From the NCBI GenBank assembly GCA_038046645.1, contig JBBSVU010000006.1, forward strand, positions 169,196 to 193,977: a stretch of DNA of 24,782 nt. The letters are read 5' to 3'. The first letter of the stretch is position 1, and every line of letters starts with the position of its first letter. The DNA comes from an archaeon (GTDB lineage Archaea; Iainarchaeota; Iainarchaeia; Iainarchaeales; 0-14-0-20-34-12). A model generated the notes under the pieces. The model ran no database searches and was not told where the DNA came from. It saw nothing but the letters and a program-made list of their open reading frames with translations. Shown piece after piece: positions 1 to 8,519 of the stretch. The translations under genes and the position numbers were made by a program.

Positions 1-721
1 CTTCCTTAAAATCTGGCACATCAGTAATTAATTCAGGCATTTTAGCCCATAATTTTTCGTATTTCTTCAAGGCATCAAAAAATTTTTCTTTTGTGAACTT
101 TATCTGATAATAACTCATTTTTTCGTTTATCCAATCTACTCTTATTCCTACTCCATGAGAAAGCAAATACCAAAGGTCATAAAGATCGCGTGGGCGATCT
201 CTAGTAAATATAGTGCGTACTTTTTCTGTGAGGATTTCTTCCCTTGACATTACAATAACTGTGTAATCTGAAAGGTCTTGATAAACCGGATCAATCTTTA
301 CAATTTCCCTGGTTTTAGGTGTTTCTCGTTTGCTTATTTCCACATAAATATAACAATGACCAAATCCAGAAGATTCTGTAAGAGGTCCAATTATATCAAA
401 CCTAAATGATATCCCGATTTCTTCCTTTACTTTCATTTTTTTAACAGTATTCTGGCATTCAAACTTTGTTGAAAGTTCTTTGCTTATCTTCTCAAGTAAT
501 TCATTGAAATCGACTTCCCCAATTCGGGTAAAATCAAGGTCTTCGCTAAATCTCTTGAGACCGTAAGCTTTCTTTATTGCGGTTCCACCCTTAAAGAGCA
601 ACACGGAGGTCTGGGAATATATTAATTGAAGAATGATGTGCTGAAAGTATTCTTTTTCAATTTGCCATGGTTTCATTCTAAGCGTTTTCGAATATTCTTT
701 AATATCTTCCTTGGTTATCAT
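1..721 (-). CDS. AbiEii-family nucleotidyltransferase toxin (type IV TA), 3' end runs off the window
   Basis: Not in the ORF track; manual minus-strand translation from ATG at 721: MITKEDIKEYSKTLRMKPWQIEKEYFQHIILQLIYSQTSVLLFKGGTAIKKAYGLKRFSEDLDF... and later EKVRTIFTRDRPRDLYDLWYLL. These are the AbiEii motifs (KGGT, RFSEDLDF, K...RxRDxYD). The start overlaps the antitoxin stop (ATGA). Confidence 0.9.
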   Translation of the reverse strand, partial: MITKEDIKEYSKTLRMKPWQIEKEYFQHIILQLIYSQTSVLLFKGGTAIKKAYGLKRFSEDLDFTRIGEVDFNELLEKISKELSTKFECQNTVKKMKVKEEIGISFRFDIIGPLTESSGFGHCYIYVEISKRETPKTREIVKIDPVYQDLSDYTVIVMSREEILTEKVRTIFTRDRPRDLYDLWYLLSHGVGIRVDWINEKMSYYQIKFTKEKFFDALKKYEKLWAKMPELITDVPDFKE

Positions 722-1428
722 TCAAGCACCTCGTTGGCAATAATCCTCCATTTGGAATTCTTCATCCCTTTTTTTGGAAGCAAAGGATTAAGTAGCACAT
801 AGTTTTTGCTGATTAGTTTATTGAAAGAAACCGGATTTTTTATTTTATTCAATTCAAGCAAATACCCAAGGCGTTGAATTAAAACTGTAGAATCCATTCT
901 CTTTGCATACCCCCTAAGCTTCTTTGCATCACAAGAAGAAAGAGCATTGTTGATGTCGCTAACAGCTACGCCTTTTTGTAGGTAAAGGCAGTCAATAACT
1001 GTTTTTTCTTTATCAGCTAAAAAGGCATAACCTTCCCCAAAGCGATATTTATAATAGCCAAAAATCCTGCTTGCAGGGAATTTTATGAACTCAAAGTCAT
1101 AATTTTCAAAGGCAAGAGGTTTTTTGGAGACAACAGAAACAACTTGAATTTTGATGGGGATTTGAGTAGTTAAATGATGTGTGTATAATGCAAAAAGAAA
1201 CGAAATGTATGAAGGTTTTGACAGTTTAGTAACTATGGTTAATGGATTAATGCCCTTGAGTGCATATTTGTTTTTTTCAATGCGAAAAATAAGCTTGCGT
1301 TTTTCAAGGCGATGGAGATAAAGGCGCACATATTGCCTGGATTTATCCAGCACCTGCTCTGCATCAACCACTGTAAATACTAGTAAACCAAGGGCGTGAA
1401 GTTTATCAAGAAAGCTTATTGCCTGCAC
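718..1428 (-). CDS. AbiEi-family antitoxin / transcriptional regulator (type IV TA)
   Basis: N-terminal wHTH-like segment (LHRLEKRKLIFRIEKNKY), PSYISFLFALYTHHLTTQIP and ADKEKTVIDCL motifs typical of AbiEi; translationally coupled to the AbiEii-like gene. Confidence 0.85.
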   Translation of the reverse strand: MQAISFLDKLHALGLLVFTVVDAEQVLDKSRQYVRLYLHRLEKRKLIFRIEKNKYALKGINPLTIVTKLSKPSYISFLFALYTHHLTTQIPIKIQVVSVVSKKPLAFENYDFEFIKFPASRIFGYYKYRFGEGYAFLADKEKTVIDCLYLQKGVAVSDINNALSSCDAKKLRGYAKRMDSTVLIQRLGYLLELNKIKNPVSFNKLISKNYVLLNPLLPKKGMKNSKWRIIANEVLE

Positions 1429-1492
1429 ATAATACTATGCTCAGTATAGGTTTATTAATATTTTGTTTCAACAAAATTATCAAAAAGGATAA

Positions 1493-1591
1493 TTATAATA
1501 AAACAAAAAATGCAACAACCAAGCTTTTGGGCATTTTCTCCAATAATTTCATTCTTTTCCCCAAGCCTGCAGCAAGAATCAATGCCTCCAT
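1493..1591 (-). pseudogene. Truncated N-terminus of a sugar-phosphate nucleotidyltransferase
   Basis: Manual translation MEALILAAGLGKRMKLLEKMPKSLVVAFFVLL* matches the NTP_transferase signature (ILAAGxGxR...PK) but stops after 32 codons. Confidence 0.7.
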
Positions 1592-1596
1592 AAAAA

Positions 1597-2355
1597 TCAC
1601 TTTTTCTTAGGCAAATACCTTCTCCACTGCCCTTTCTTTGCAATCTTCCATAAAAGATTGAAATGCTTAGTATATGAATTTGCAACTTCTTTATTTTTTA
1701 TAACTACCGCGTACAAGGGATGGCTCCAGGTGATTATGGAAACAGTGTCATATGCCATGTGTGTTGAAATAGGGCTAAAGAATTCTTCAGGTATAAATTT
1801 GTATTCGGATGTTTTGCCACCGGCAAAGAATTTTGATCCTAATGGGGAAATCATTCTCTCATTTATTCCGCTTTCTTCAATTAATTTTATAAATTGGTGG
1901 AAATAAATAGGTTCATTTTCCACATATCTTGCATCATCTACATTCATAGCATAATGTATGCCGCCATGTTTTTTTAATAAATTTAAATTATTTGTAAGTA
2001 CTGTCCTTAAGACATGTTTTCCCCTGTGCACAGTAACACTTGTTTCATCAGTTTTTTGTGCAATCATCTGATTTAATTCAGGGATTATTTTATGCAGGGT
2101 TTCATGCTTTTCAAGCAGATACTCCTCTAATTTTTCAGGTTTTTCTGCCCTGAAGTGCTTTACTCTGTCACTTATTACAAAGCTGACAAGCCCTTTCTCA
2201 ATCAGGCTTTCTAGGTTATCATATACATTAGGCCTGTATATCCCTGTTTTTTCGGCAATCTTGCTTGCAGTTAGATTTTCTGCCCTCAATAAGGTAAGAT
2301 AAATTTCTATTTCTTTCTGGCTTAATCCAACTTCCTGCAGAATTTTCTTGTCCAT
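1597..2355 (-). CDS. TrmB-family transcriptional regulator
   Basis: MDKKILQEVGLSQKEIEIYLTLL...TASKIAEKTGIYRPNVYDNLESLIEKGLV is a TrmB-type wHTH followed by an effector-like domain. Start moved to ATG 2355. Confidence 0.85.
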   Translation of the reverse strand: MDKKILQEVGLSQKEIEIYLTLLRAENLTASKIAEKTGIYRPNVYDNLESLIEKGLVSFVISDRVKHFRAEKPEKLEEYLLEKHETLHKIIPELNQMIAQKTDETSVTVHRGKHVLRTVLTNNLNLLKKHGGIHYAMNVDDARYVENEPIYFHQFIKLIEESGINERMISPLGSKFFAGGKTSEYKFIPEEFFSPISTHMAYDTVSIITWSHPLYAVVIKNKEVANSYTKHFNLLWKIAKKGQWRRYLPKKK

Positions 2356-2386
2356 ATCCTTACTTATAAAACAAATTGTTTTTAAC

Positions 2387-2408
2387 TGTTGTCTTTTTAT
2401 CGACAACA
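2387..2408. promoter_or_regulatory. Candidate operator, TGTTGTC-N8-GACAACA inverted repeat
   Basis: Perfect 7-bp inverted repeat in the 86-nt divergent intergenic region between the TrmB-like gene and the DUF2156-like gene. Confidence 0.4.
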
Positions 2409-2441
2409 AGGACATTAATCCAGCAAGCAAGCATATTAGAT

Positions 2442-3458
2442 ATGAACAGCATATTCAATGAATTGGAAAATGGCATACTTGCCTTGCCAAATATCTCACA
2501 TATTGAAAGAAATGATGAAGTATTATTCAATGATTTTTTCAGTCAAAATAAAGAAACCTTGGACTACGGAAATTCCTGGCCTTATATTGTCCAATCCACT
2601 TTTTTCAAAGGTTACAAGTACTTTGATGGGGATACGTTAATTGCATTTACCCTAAAAGAGCCAAATAAACTGCCATTTGTCATCACAAAAGCTTTGGGCA
2701 AAGCTGCTTTAGAGAAAACAATCCTGTTGGCAAATAAACTTCATAAGCTTTCAAATGAAAAAGTAATCCTAAAGAATCTTTCAGACAAGCAATTTGATTT
2801 TTTCAGGAAGAATGGATTTTCAGACTACCAAAAAGGTGATTGCTGGAATAACTTTTACAATTATGATGATGATTCTTTTCCTGAAACAGTGATTCAATTA
2901 AGGCCCTTGATGGATAAGAAAGGCGAAGACTATAAATCATTAAGGTATCATTTGAATCATTTCAGCAAAAAAGTGGGTTTTGAGATTAAGGAATATGATT
3001 TAAGCAATCATCTTTCTGATGCAAATAATGTACTGAATTATTGGGTTAATTCCATAAAGGAAAGATACCCTAAACATTTGCAAAATGATCCAATTTATTT
3101 GCATTCAGTTGATCTGCACAGGAAATACATTTCCGAGCTTCCAGCCGGGAAAAATGGCCAGCATTATTTTGCAAATATCCTTTATGCAAATAACCAGCCA
3201 GCAGGCTTTGCTCTGCTTTCAAAAATATCTGATAAATGTGTCGGAGTTTATTCCAACTTTTGCAAAAACAGCCATAAAGGATTATCTGAAACCCTATTAT
3301 ACTATTCACTAGCAAGAGCCTATGCTGCAGGTTTTGAATTTGCAAATTTTGGCGGGGCTGAATTCGAAAATCTTCTCGAATTCCGTTACAAATTCAATCC
3401 AATGACCCATCTACAAAGGCATCACGCAATACTTTATCCTAAAAAGGTGAGAGAATGA
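2442..3458 (+). CDS. DUF2156 / phosphatidylglycerol lysyltransferase C-terminal-like (GNAT-fold) protein
   Basis: LxxxxGxxYKSLRYHLNHF, HKGLSETL, FANFGGAEFENLLEFRYKFNP resemble the DUF2156 C-terminal pattern. Start ATG 2442. Confidence 0.65.
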   Translation: MNSIFNELENGILALPNISHIERNDEVLFNDFFSQNKETLDYGNSWPYIVQSTFFKGYKYFDGDTLIAFTLKEPNKLPFVITKALGKAALEKTILLANKLHKLSNEKVILKNLSDKQFDFFRKNGFSDYQKGDCWNNFYNYDDDSFPETVIQLRPLMDKKGEDYKSLRYHLNHFSKKVGFEIKEYDLSNHLSDANNVLNYWVNSIKERYPKHLQNDPIYLHSVDLHRKYISELPAGKNGQHYFANILYANNQPAGFALLSKISDKCVGVYSNFCKNSHKGLSETLLYYSLARAYAAGFEFANFGGAEFENLLEFRYKFNPMTHLQRHHAILYPKKVRE

Positions 3459-3643
3459 TTGCAGCATTTTTTGTTCTGGTTTTTTTCCTAACCGCTTTGA
3501 ATGCCAAGAAATCTATTACTGGATTTTTGCTAGCCATTGGCATTTCAGTAATTTTTGAAATTTATATTTTAGCGATGATTTCAATTTACCTTACATTTAT
3601 GTTTTTTGATAGGATAGAATCAAGGACAAGCATGGGCATGTAA
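3455..3643 (+). CDS. Small hydrophobic (2-TM) membrane protein
   Basis: 62 aa, mostly hydrophobic; ATGA overlap with the upstream stop. Confidence 0.45.
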   Translation: MIAAFFVLVFFLTALNAKKSITGFLLAIGISVIFEIYILAMISIYLTFMFFDRIESRTSMGM

Positions 3644-3674
3644 ATTAGAAATTCATGCATTTTTTGCAGCACAT

Positions 3675-4589
3675 TTATCCCAAATTAATCTTCATCAAAT
3701 CGCGAGCAGCCTGCACATTTTCAAATATTTCCTTTGCTTCTTTTTCCAGAACAGAAGCGTCAGAATATCTTGAAGAAATATGCGTGAACAATAATCTCTT
3801 TGCATTTGCCTTTTTTGCAAGCATTGCTGCATCCTTTGCAGTTGAATGTTTTGTTTCAAAAGCCCTTTTCCTTAAATCCTCAGTGAAAACAGCTTCATGA
3901 ATCAGCAAATCTGCATCTTGTATTAACTTTGCATTCTTCAAATCAAGCATTGTATCCACAATTATTGCAACCGTTCTTCCCTTTCTCCCTTTATCATAAT
4001 CCATTACCATTTCTGGCGTAATTTTTTTCCCATTCAACTCAATATTTTTCCCTTTCTGCAACTGTGAAAACATTGGGCCAATTGGAATCCCCAAAGAAAT
4101 TGCCTTCTCCCTTTGAAATTCCCCTTTCTTATCATTCTCTTTGAAGAAAAATCCAAAGCATTTGCCCCTGTGTTTTAATTCAAATGCCTTTACGATAAAA
4201 TTATCCCCTTTCAAAACAATTCCATTTTTCAGTTCAATGCAATTTACCTTAAAGCATAAATTTTCCAAAGGCATTGGTGAAATCTTTTCTACAATTTGTT
4301 TTATGCCCTTAGACCCATAAATGTTCAATTCCAAGTCCCTTTCATACATATTCATGGTTGCCAGCAATCCAGGCAATCCCAAAATATGGTCTGCATGGAA
4401 ATGGCTTAAGAATATGTGATTTATTGCCATGTAACTTAAATTGGATTTCATTATCTGCCTTTGCGTTCCCTCAGCACAATCAAAAAGAAGGTTTTCACCC
4501 CTATACTTCACAATAGTTGAAGAAAGATTCCTTTCAGCTGTCGGTGAGGAACATGATGTCCCCAATATTGTTATTTCCAATGGCTCCAT
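3675..4589 (-). CDS. rnz: Ribonuclease Z (tRNA 3' processing)
   Basis: ILGTSCSSPTAERNLSS, LLFDCAEGTQRQ, HFHADH metallo-beta-lactamase motif, GP-rich flexible arm, LIHEA, HST, THISSRY. Confidence 0.95.
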   Translation of the reverse strand: MEPLEITILGTSCSSPTAERNLSSTIVKYRGENLLFDCAEGTQRQIMKSNLSYMAINHIFLSHFHADHILGLPGLLATMNMYERDLELNIYGSKGIKQIVEKISPMPLENLCFKVNCIELKNGIVLKGDNFIVKAFELKHRGKCFGFFFKENDKKGEFQREKAISLGIPIGPMFSQLQKGKNIELNGKKITPEMVMDYDKGRKGRTVAIIVDTMLDLKNAKLIQDADLLIHEAVFTEDLRKRAFETKHSTAKDAAMLAKKANAKRLLFTHISSRYSDASVLEKEAKEIFENVQAARDLMKINLG

Positions 4590-4666
4590 AGCAAACAATA
4601 TGGGGACAATTATTTATAATACTTTTATCTCTTTCCTAATTAGTTAATTGGAAAAATTGAGGGCCT

Positions 4667-5005
4667 ATGCGTAGTTTATTCTTAATTTTATTTCTTTTAG
4701 CTATTTTGATTGCTTTTACTGGTTGTATTTCAAATGAAGAATCCAAAGAATTTTATTGTTCTTCCGGCTGCCACCCAAAATCAGCAACATGCACAAAACA
4801 AATCGAGCCAGTTTATTGCACAATGGAATTTCAATTAACTGATGGCTGCGCAAAATATTTCTCCTGTGAAAAGATAGGTAATGATTGTAAAGTAGCGGTT
4901 GATGAAAAATATGAAATTTGCATGGATTGTATAAACAATTGCGTATCAAACAGTAAAGAGCCTTTAATTATTTCAGAATGTGCCCAGAAATGCACATTAA
5001 GCTGA
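4667..5005 (+). CDS. Cys-rich secreted/lipoprotein-like protein
   Basis: Hydrophobic signal ending in lipobox-like FTGC, followed by a Cys-rich mature region. Confidence 0.6.
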   Translation: MRSLFLILFLLAILIAFTGCISNEESKEFYCSSGCHPKSATCTKQIEPVYCTMEFQLTDGCAKYFSCEKIGNDCKVAVDEKYEICMDCINNCVSNSKEPLIISECAQKCTLS

Positions 5006-5096
5006 TTGAGTTTTGTTTTTGTATTAATAGGTTTATATTTATTTTGATTTACTTGTATTTTATATAATTAATTATATATTGCTTTAGAGAATAATT

Positions 5097-6101
5097 ATGC
5101 CATCAAATATTTTTGAGGAATACAAAACAACAGCAGAAATTCCTGTGCCGGAAAAGCTTGTTGACCAGGTAATTGGGCAGGAGAATTCTGTCGAGCTTAT
5201 TAGAAAAGCTGCCTCGCAGAAAAGAAATGTGCTGCTTGTCGGTTTGCCTGGAACTGGAAAATCAATGTTAGCGCAGGCAATGGCTGAATTGATGCCTGCT
5301 GAGCAGCTTGAGGATGTAATTGTTTACGAAAATAATGTTGATCCGCAGAATCCTATTGTAAAAACAGCAAAAGCAGGTGAAGGAAAAAAAATTGTGGAGC
5401 AAGCACAATTGGAAGCGCAGAAGGAAGAAGGAAATCTGAGAATGATTTCAATGATTTTCCCTTTAGGCTGGTTTTTGCTTTCCTATATTATCTGGTCATT
5501 GAAAATGATTTCAGATATAGTGTACACAGGCACTTTATTATTAGGGGGATTTTTAATTGTTGGATTTGCATTAAGTTCTCAGTTAAGAACAAGGAATAAG
5601 GTTTCTGTGCCAAAGGTTCTGGTTGATAATTCAGGAAAAAAAATTGCCCCGTTTGCAGAAGGGACTGGTGCAAGGGCTGGGGCATTGCTTGGGGACGTGA
5701 GGCATGATCCGCTCCAGTCGTCAATTGACGAAGATTCATTGGTTGTTTGCTTAAATGGTATTTGGAAGGAAATTTCTTATGAAAAACTTTGGAATAGAAT
5801 AGTAAAGAAACATCCTGACTTAATTGAGAAACATGAGAAAGGTTACGAAGCAATTGTATTGCCCAAAAATGAAAATGTTTATGTTTGGGGCATGAAAGAG
5901 GGCAAAGTAGTTAAGTCAAGGATTTACTCCTTAAACAGAAGGCCTTATGAGGGCGAAGTTATTGAACTTTCGGTTGGAGAAAAGAAAATCACACTCACTC
6001 CTGAACATAAAGTTATTACAAAGAAGGGTAACAAAATTGCAGAAAAAATTTCAGAAAAAGATTTACTATTCAATCTTTCCTCACCAAAAAGCATCTGCTA
6101 G
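5097..6101 (+). CDS. lonB: LonB protease fragment 1 (Walker A, two TM helices) fused to split-intein N-half IntN1
   Basis: LVDQVIGQE, GLPGTGKS (Walker A), two hydrophobic helices, GALLGDVRHDPLQ, then intein-like sequence up to a stop at 6099-6101. Confidence 0.93.
   Translation: MPSNIFEEYKTTAEIPVPEKLVDQVIGQENSVELIRKAASQKRNVLLVGLPGTGKSMLAQAMAELMPAEQLEDVIVYENNVDPQNPIVKTAKAGEGKKIVEQAQLEAQKEEGNLRMISMIFPLGWFLLSYIIWSLKMISDIVYTGTLLLGGFLIVGFALSSQLRTRNKVSVPKVLVDNSGKKIAPFAEGTGARAGALLGDVRHDPLQSSIDEDSLVVCLNGIWKEISYEKLWNRIVKKHPDLIEKHEKGYEAIVLPKNENVYVWGMKEGKVVKSRIYSLNRRPYEGEVIELSVGEKKITLTPEHKVITKKGNKIAEKISEKDLLFNLSSPKSIC
5721..6098 (+). mobile_element. Split intein 1, N-half (IntN1, ~126 aa)
   Basis: Block A-like SIDEDSLVV directly after DPLQS; YEGEVIEL; block B ITLTPEHKV; no C-terminal intein motifs in this ORF. 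Confidence 0.85.
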
Positions 6102-6154
6102 ATTTAGTTAGCCGCAATTTCTTATTCCTCCAATTTCCTACTAATTATATTCTT

Positions 6155-6327
6155 TGAAATAATCGCCACCTCCTTATTGAATTTTTTCTTAGGACTCTGC
6201 TTTTCTCGACTTAAACCTTTCCCTGCCTTTGGCAGGTCGCTGGCGCTAAAGGTTTAATGTCTCCAAAAGCAGCAAAGCCGTCCAAGAAAAAATTCTTTGT
6301 TCGGAGGTGGCTCAAATGATTTTTTCA
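6155..6327 (+). promoter_or_regulatory. Long imperfect hairpin occluding the SD/start of the endonuclease gene
   Basis: Nested complementary segments: 6165-6173/6303-6311, 6179-6190/6284-6295, 6197-6204/6265-6272, 6211-6220/6248-6257, inner hairpin 6222-6236, outer 6155-6164/6318-6327 (1 mismatch). Confidence 0.75.
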
Positions 6328-7374
6328 GATAATCAATCACCGGAAATCTACTCTCAAAATAATTATAAGCCTGAAATACAGGCTTCTATTATGGAACCAA
6401 AAATCCTTGTTTCTGAGGAAGATATAATAAATACTTATTCTAAGGCAGAGCAATTTTCTTGCCAGAAATATTTTGAATATCAAAAATTGATGCAGGAAAA
6501 CCCTTCTTTCGGTTACAAAAAATGCGCTAAATTTCTTAGTATAAAGCAAGGGCAGGTGAGATGGTGGCACACAAAAGGGGCGAAAAGAGCAATTCCTTTG
6601 CCTTTGAAAGTAACTCAAAAATTAAAAGAAGTAGGCTTGCTTCCTTTCAATGAAAATCACAAGGATGCAGAAATAATCTTCAACATTCTTGGAACTCTTT
6701 TTGGTGATGGGGGTATTGATATTCGCTTCAATACTGTTGCTTTCATTTCTTCAGATAAAAGGGATGTTGATTTATGGCACTCTGATTTGCTCAGGATTTT
6801 TCCATTTGCTCAAGGAAAGACTCAAATTGTTGAGGGAGGAGAATACGGACATTCTTACAATATTCGCTGTTATGACCGTGCTGTTGTAAGATTTTTTGCT
6901 GCACTTGGTGCCCCTGTCGGAAGTAAAATTGTTACTGATTACTCTTTACCTAAATATTTTTCTGAGCTAAAAGGCAGATCATATAGAGCATTCTTTGATG
7001 GATTATTTTCTAGTGAAATCGCTATTCCAAGGTTTGTTAAAACTAAATATATCACCGACTATTTCAAGAATTTTAGTTTGAGCCTTTCAAAGGCAGAGTT
7101 TCTTGAGCAAAGCCATCTGGCTTTTATGAATGCAATTAAGCACTACTCAAAGAAAATTGGCATTAAGTGTACAGCCATAGTTAAGAAAGATAAATATCGT
7201 AATGAACCGCGGAAAGATGGCCATCATACTCACGGATATAGAATATTTTTCAGGACCAATATGGGCAATGCCTTATTTTTCAACAAAATCTTCCCTTTGT
7301 GTTATTCAGCAGCAAAGAAAGAAAAACTTCAAAAGGAAGTTGAGTTCTGCATTCAGCATAATCCACCCACCTAG
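6316..7374 (+). CDS. Free-standing intein-type LAGLIDADG homing endonuclease with N-terminal HTH
   Basis: ILGTLFGDGGI (motif 1), RFFAALGAPVGSK, FFDGLFSSE (motif 2); own SD GGAGGTG at 6303-6309, 6 nt before ATG 6316; no splicing motifs. Confidence 0.85.
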   Translation: MIFSDNQSPEIYSQNNYKPEIQASIMEPKILVSEEDIINTYSKAEQFSCQKYFEYQKLMQENPSFGYKKCAKFLSIKQGQVRWWHTKGAKRAIPLPLKVTQKLKEVGLLPFNENHKDAEIIFNILGTLFGDGGIDIRFNTVAFISSDKRDVDLWHSDLLRIFPFAQGKTQIVEGGEYGHSYNIRCYDRAVVRFFAALGAPVGSKIVTDYSLPKYFSELKGRSYRAFFDGLFSSEIAIPRFVKTKYITDYFKNFSLSLSKAEFLEQSHLAFMNAIKHYSKKIGIKCTAIVKKDKYRNEPRKDGHHTHGYRIFFRTNMGNALFFNKIFPLCYSAAKKEKLQKEVEFCIQHNPPT

Positions 7375-7534
7375 GCATTATTTTTGTTCTACAAAATTGC
7401 AAAAATCAATTTAATATCTTTAATAATAAGCGTAAGGAGGAAGGAATAGGTAGTGTAATTGAAATAGCTCTTGAGCACAGAAGAAAAAAAGCAAACCCAA
7501 TTACTTTAAATTTTGTTTATTTTATGTTGTCATT

Positions 7535-8353
7535 ATGCTAAGCAGAAGAAGAATTAACCTTTCACAGCTTTCAAGAGGAGAAAGGCATAGGATTAAATCA
7601 AGCAGGCCGAGGAGAAGGATTGCAAAAGAAGCTGCTAAACGAAGGGCACTTACTGATGCAAATATCAGGAGGACATTTGTAGGAATTTTCCCACATGATC
7701 GTGAATATATTCTTAAATCCGATTCACGAATTATTGGGGCGGGCAAAGGAAGATTAACCATCTCATTAGGTACATTGGTTGACCCTAAAACAGGCAAGAG
7801 CGGTTGCTTTGCTTTTAAGGTTTGCAGAATGCCAGACAATTTTGTTGAAGCCCATAAAAGGCACGTTATTTTTGGTGAGACTCACAGGTATAAATCCCTC
7901 TTTATGCCTGATTTCAAATCTGCAGAATCGTTTGATAACCATTATTTTTTAGAGTTAGCAGCACTTTATGATTTTAAGGTTGAACATGCACGGTTCAGAA
8001 GAATTGCCTCTTTAAGGATCCCAACTGTTTTTTCTAAGCTAGTGCCTATTGACCCTGCACAGGCTAATGGAATTCTTTTGGTTGAGGATTTAAGTGGGGG
8101 GGGGAGAAACAAGGTTGAAGAATTCCATAAATTCAATCATGCTAAAGTTTCAAATGCCCTAGAATTAATGACACAGTTTGAAAAATATTATCAAAAATTA
8201 TTGAAAGCGGGCATTAAAATAAGTAGCGAAGCAAGGCACGGGGAACATTCTTCTTTGAGGGAGGAAACTGAGAGAAGTTTCTTTGTTGTGATTGATCCAA
8301 AAACCCGCAAGGGAAAACTTGTCGCTGGTGACGCTGACCAGATTGAGTTTTGA
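7535..8353 (+). CDS. Hypothetical protein, Arg-rich N-terminus, possible atypical protein-kinase-like fold
   Basis: 272-aa ORF with ordered kinase-like motifs [17 protein letters not shown]...[29 protein letters not shown] at 7505-7510, about 25-30 nt upstream of ATG. The ORF is well supported; the fold is inferred. Confidence 0.55.
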   Translation: MLSRRRINLSQLSRGERHRIKSSRPRRRIAKEAAKRRALTDANIRRTFVGIFPHDREYILKSDSRIIGAGKGRLTISLGTLVDPKTGKSGCFAFKVCRMPDNFVEAHKRHVIFGETHRYKSLFMPDFKSAESFDNHYFLELAALYDFKVEHARFRRIASLRIPTVFSKLVPIDPAQANGILLVEDLSGGGRNKVEEFHKFNHAKVSNALELMTQFEKYYQKLLKAGIKISSEARHGEHSSLREETERSFFVVIDPKTRKGKLVAGDADQIEF

Positions 8354-8364
8354 AAAACAATACC

Positions 8365-8372
8365 TATTTAAC
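8365..8372 (+). promoter_or_regulatory. TATA-like box for LonB fragment 2 (possible leaderless transcript)
   Basis: TATTTAAC 25-32 nt upstream of ATG 8397; no SD present. Weak given the AT-rich background. Confidence 0.35.
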
Positions 8373-8396
8373 CCTTTTTTCTTTTATTTATTTTAT

Positions 8397-8519
8397 ATGC
8401 AGTTGAAAACAAAGAATGCAAGGATTTCTTCAAAAACTAAAAGAAAATTCAAAGGTCATGTTTACAACGTTACAACAGATACAGGCAACCTGTTTGTTGA
8501 AGATGTCCTTGTGTGCAAT
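8397..8519 (+). mobile_element. Split intein 1, C-half (IntC1, 41 aa)
   Basis: Basic N-terminus, block F-like [12 protein letters not shown], block G VLVCN followed by Ser+1 of the conserved Lon SGGLGTP. Confidence 0.85.

Noticed and set aside
6102..8396. RNA intron (group I or bulge-helix-bulge) whose removal would rejoin IntN1 and IntC1
   Set aside because: I could not identify group I core elements or a convincing pairing of the two boundaries; only weak complementarity between ~6121-6131 and ~7435-7450. The endonuclease resembles intein 2's domain. RT-PCR would settle it.
8292..8396. ORF-track N-terminal extension of LonB fragment 2
   Set aside because: It overlaps the upstream gene and translates a T-rich intergenic tract; ATG 8397 gives a typical 41-aa IntC.
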